DNA of 62,562 bases, filler included, from Globobulimina sp. (Eukaryota): NCBI GenBank assembly GCA_003354225.1. It is 34 parts of 34 records of this genome, joined end to end, with 100 filler letters (N's around TTAATTAATTAA, not from the genome) between each part and the next. Parts side by side here need not be neighbours in the genome. Positions count along the whole stretch, not along the records: positions 60,821 to 62,562 come from PIVH01012474.1; 33 more parts are not named here. One strand, 5' to 3'. How positions within the stretch are numbered: position 1 is the first letter of the stretch; each line of letters begins with the position of its first letter. The position numbers and the translations under genes are program-made. Below, one piece after another: positions 60,821 to 62,562 of the stretch. The notes below the pieces were generated by a model. That model searched no databases, was not told the origin of the DNA, and worked only from the letters and a program-made list of their open reading frames with translations.

Positions 60821-61959
60821 ATTGCAAGAGATATTGGAGCGAGGTTTAATAAATGCATTTTTGTGGGCGACAGCACGAGGCATCACAAGTTATTTGGATT
60901 TATTTGCTGGAATATTGATATTGTATTTTGGTGGAATGGCAATTGCAATATATGACAATGAGGAAAACACAAATTATGAATTGACAATTGGTAAATTGAT
61001 AACCTTTCAGTTATATTGGAATATGATAAATAATGCATTCAAAGGATTACAAAATGTGTTAACTACTTTTATCACAAGCACAGCTGGCGCAGAACGGCTA
61101 TTTTCTTTATTGGATAAAATTAGCAAGCATCAAAATAATAATTTGTATCAATTGCAAGGTTTATTATAAGCATCAAAATAATGATAATTATAACTTAGAT
61201 GGAAATTTATCCATTGAAAACGTTGAATTTTCATACAAATCGCGGCCAAACTCGATAGTTTTGGATAATATCAACTTATAATTTTTGTTATTGCTTTAGT
61301 CGGCAAATCCGGACAAGGAAAATCAACACTAATCAGGGAAATATATATTACAATAAAATGAATTTGAATAAATTGAGACAAAACATTGGTTTCGTCGCAC
61401 AAGACACGCAAATCTTTGATTGCACCATAAAAGAAAATATTACCTACGGAGTGTGCGATAGAGGCAGTAATGAAATATCGTTAAATGAAATTATATATTA
61501 TTCAAAGCTTGCAAATTGCCACGAATTCATCACAAACTTTGAAGAAGGATATGAGAGCAGAGTCGGCGAGCGAGGCATTCGATTATCTGGCGGACAAAAA
61601 CAAAGAATCGCCATCGCCAGAATGTTGATAAAAAAACCAAACATATTATTGCTGGATGAAGCGACTTCGAATCGAATCTGGACACTGTGTCGGAAGCATT
61701 GGTGCAATCTGCGATTGATAGAACAATATGGTATGACGTCGACTGCGACAGCAATGATAATAAAGATCAAGAAATAGAAAAGCGATATCGATACAAATTT
61801 AAAGCAAATGCAGTAATCTTAGTGGCTCACCGATTAAGTACAGTAATAAACGCCGATAAAATTGCGGTGATTGAGAATGGAAAAATTGTCGAAATCGGCA
61901 ATCATTCGCAACTGTTAAAAAATAAAAATGGGATTTACCACAAATCAGCTAAATCATGA
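60821..61959 (+). pseudogene. ABCB-family transporter C-terminal half, frameshifted
   Basis: [20 protein letters not shown] (Walker A), [25 protein letters not shown] and VAHRLST lie in different frames. A local duplication of AGCATCAAAATAAT is present. Confidence 0.75.
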
Positions 61960-62176
61960 TAAAAAAGCGAATTCAAAAAAAACAAATGTTTCTCTTTCTC
62001 TTGACACCATCGACACTTTGTTTGATTAGTTTTGCAAATACTGCACATTCACATAATGCACATCATTCGAATGACGATCTACCCACAAAAAAAACAATTA
62101 TCAATTATTAACTTTACTTTACTTTACTTTACTTCACTTTTAAATCTTCACTCTCCAATCTCTACTGTTCGGTGCC

Positions 62177-62562
62177 ATGGCAGACTTCGATCCAAAATTC
62201 AACACTAGCGAAATACCAGGCGTTTTAAAAAGAATAGGATTTGAAGAAGCTACCAAAATAACTGACACCTTGCAAGGTAATTACACATAATACATACCAT
62301 AGCATACCATACACAATAATACACATACATTCAGGGAGCATCTGGCGGGCATCAAAACCAACAAATGAGTGTGGACAGATCGAAACATCAGTCATTAAAA
62401 TTACAAATCAGTTTTTACATAAACACTCAATGTCCGTGGTCGGTAACAAAATATACGCAGTCAGCGAAGATATTTTATTGGAAACCAGCATTTTAAAATA
62501 CCTACAACAGCAAGAAAATTGTGCCAAGTCCATGGTGACATGCGAGCAATTTTTTAGAACGT
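62177..62562 (+). CDS. Protein kinase N-lobe, 3'-partial, intron 62277-62334
   Basis: Spliced TDTLQG|SIWRA, then the VIK lysine and alphaC EDILLETSILKYL. Confidence 0.7.

Noticed and set aside
60821-61959. Programmed frameshifting in the ABCB gene (also the CocE gene at 21077-22023)
   Set aside because: There are multiple independent frameshifts, deletions and a local duplication without slippery-site hallmarks. Pseudogene or assembly error is more likely.

Overview
This is not a contiguous locus. It is 34 unrelated contigs of 1744, 1743 and 1742 bp, sorted by decreasing length and joined by 33 identical 100-nt linkers (44 N + TTAATTAATTAA + 44 N), so neighbourhood across linkers has no biological meaning. 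The DNA is AT-rich and eukaryotic, with short (about 50-200 nt) GT-AG introns. The gene families (PT-repeat and Cys-rich surface proteins, F-box/LRR-like proteins, ART-like protein, TLQG-type kinase, PPR protein, intron-bearing NarK) suggest a rhizarian protist, probably a foraminifer; this is inference. Recognisable genes are propionyl-CoA synthetase, bacterial-type citrate synthase, NarK/NRT2 transporter, Bcr/CflA MFS, MACPF protein, peroxisomal AlkK/DmdB-like ligase, P450, histones H2A and H4, prolyl 4-hydroxylase, an ABCB fragment, a DIRS-type RT-RNase H and a LINE remnant. Highlights: (1) an alpha-carbonic anhydrase fused behind a myristoylation/palmitoylation motif, a coiled coil and a PH domain; (2) a bacterial-type NarK with a spliceosomal intron; (3) a histone 3' stem-loop after H2A, next to an H4 with a remodelled basic patch; (4) three short bacterial gene fragments joined onto eukaryotic genes, probably amplification chimeras; (5) several short inverted-repeat (MITE-like) elements.
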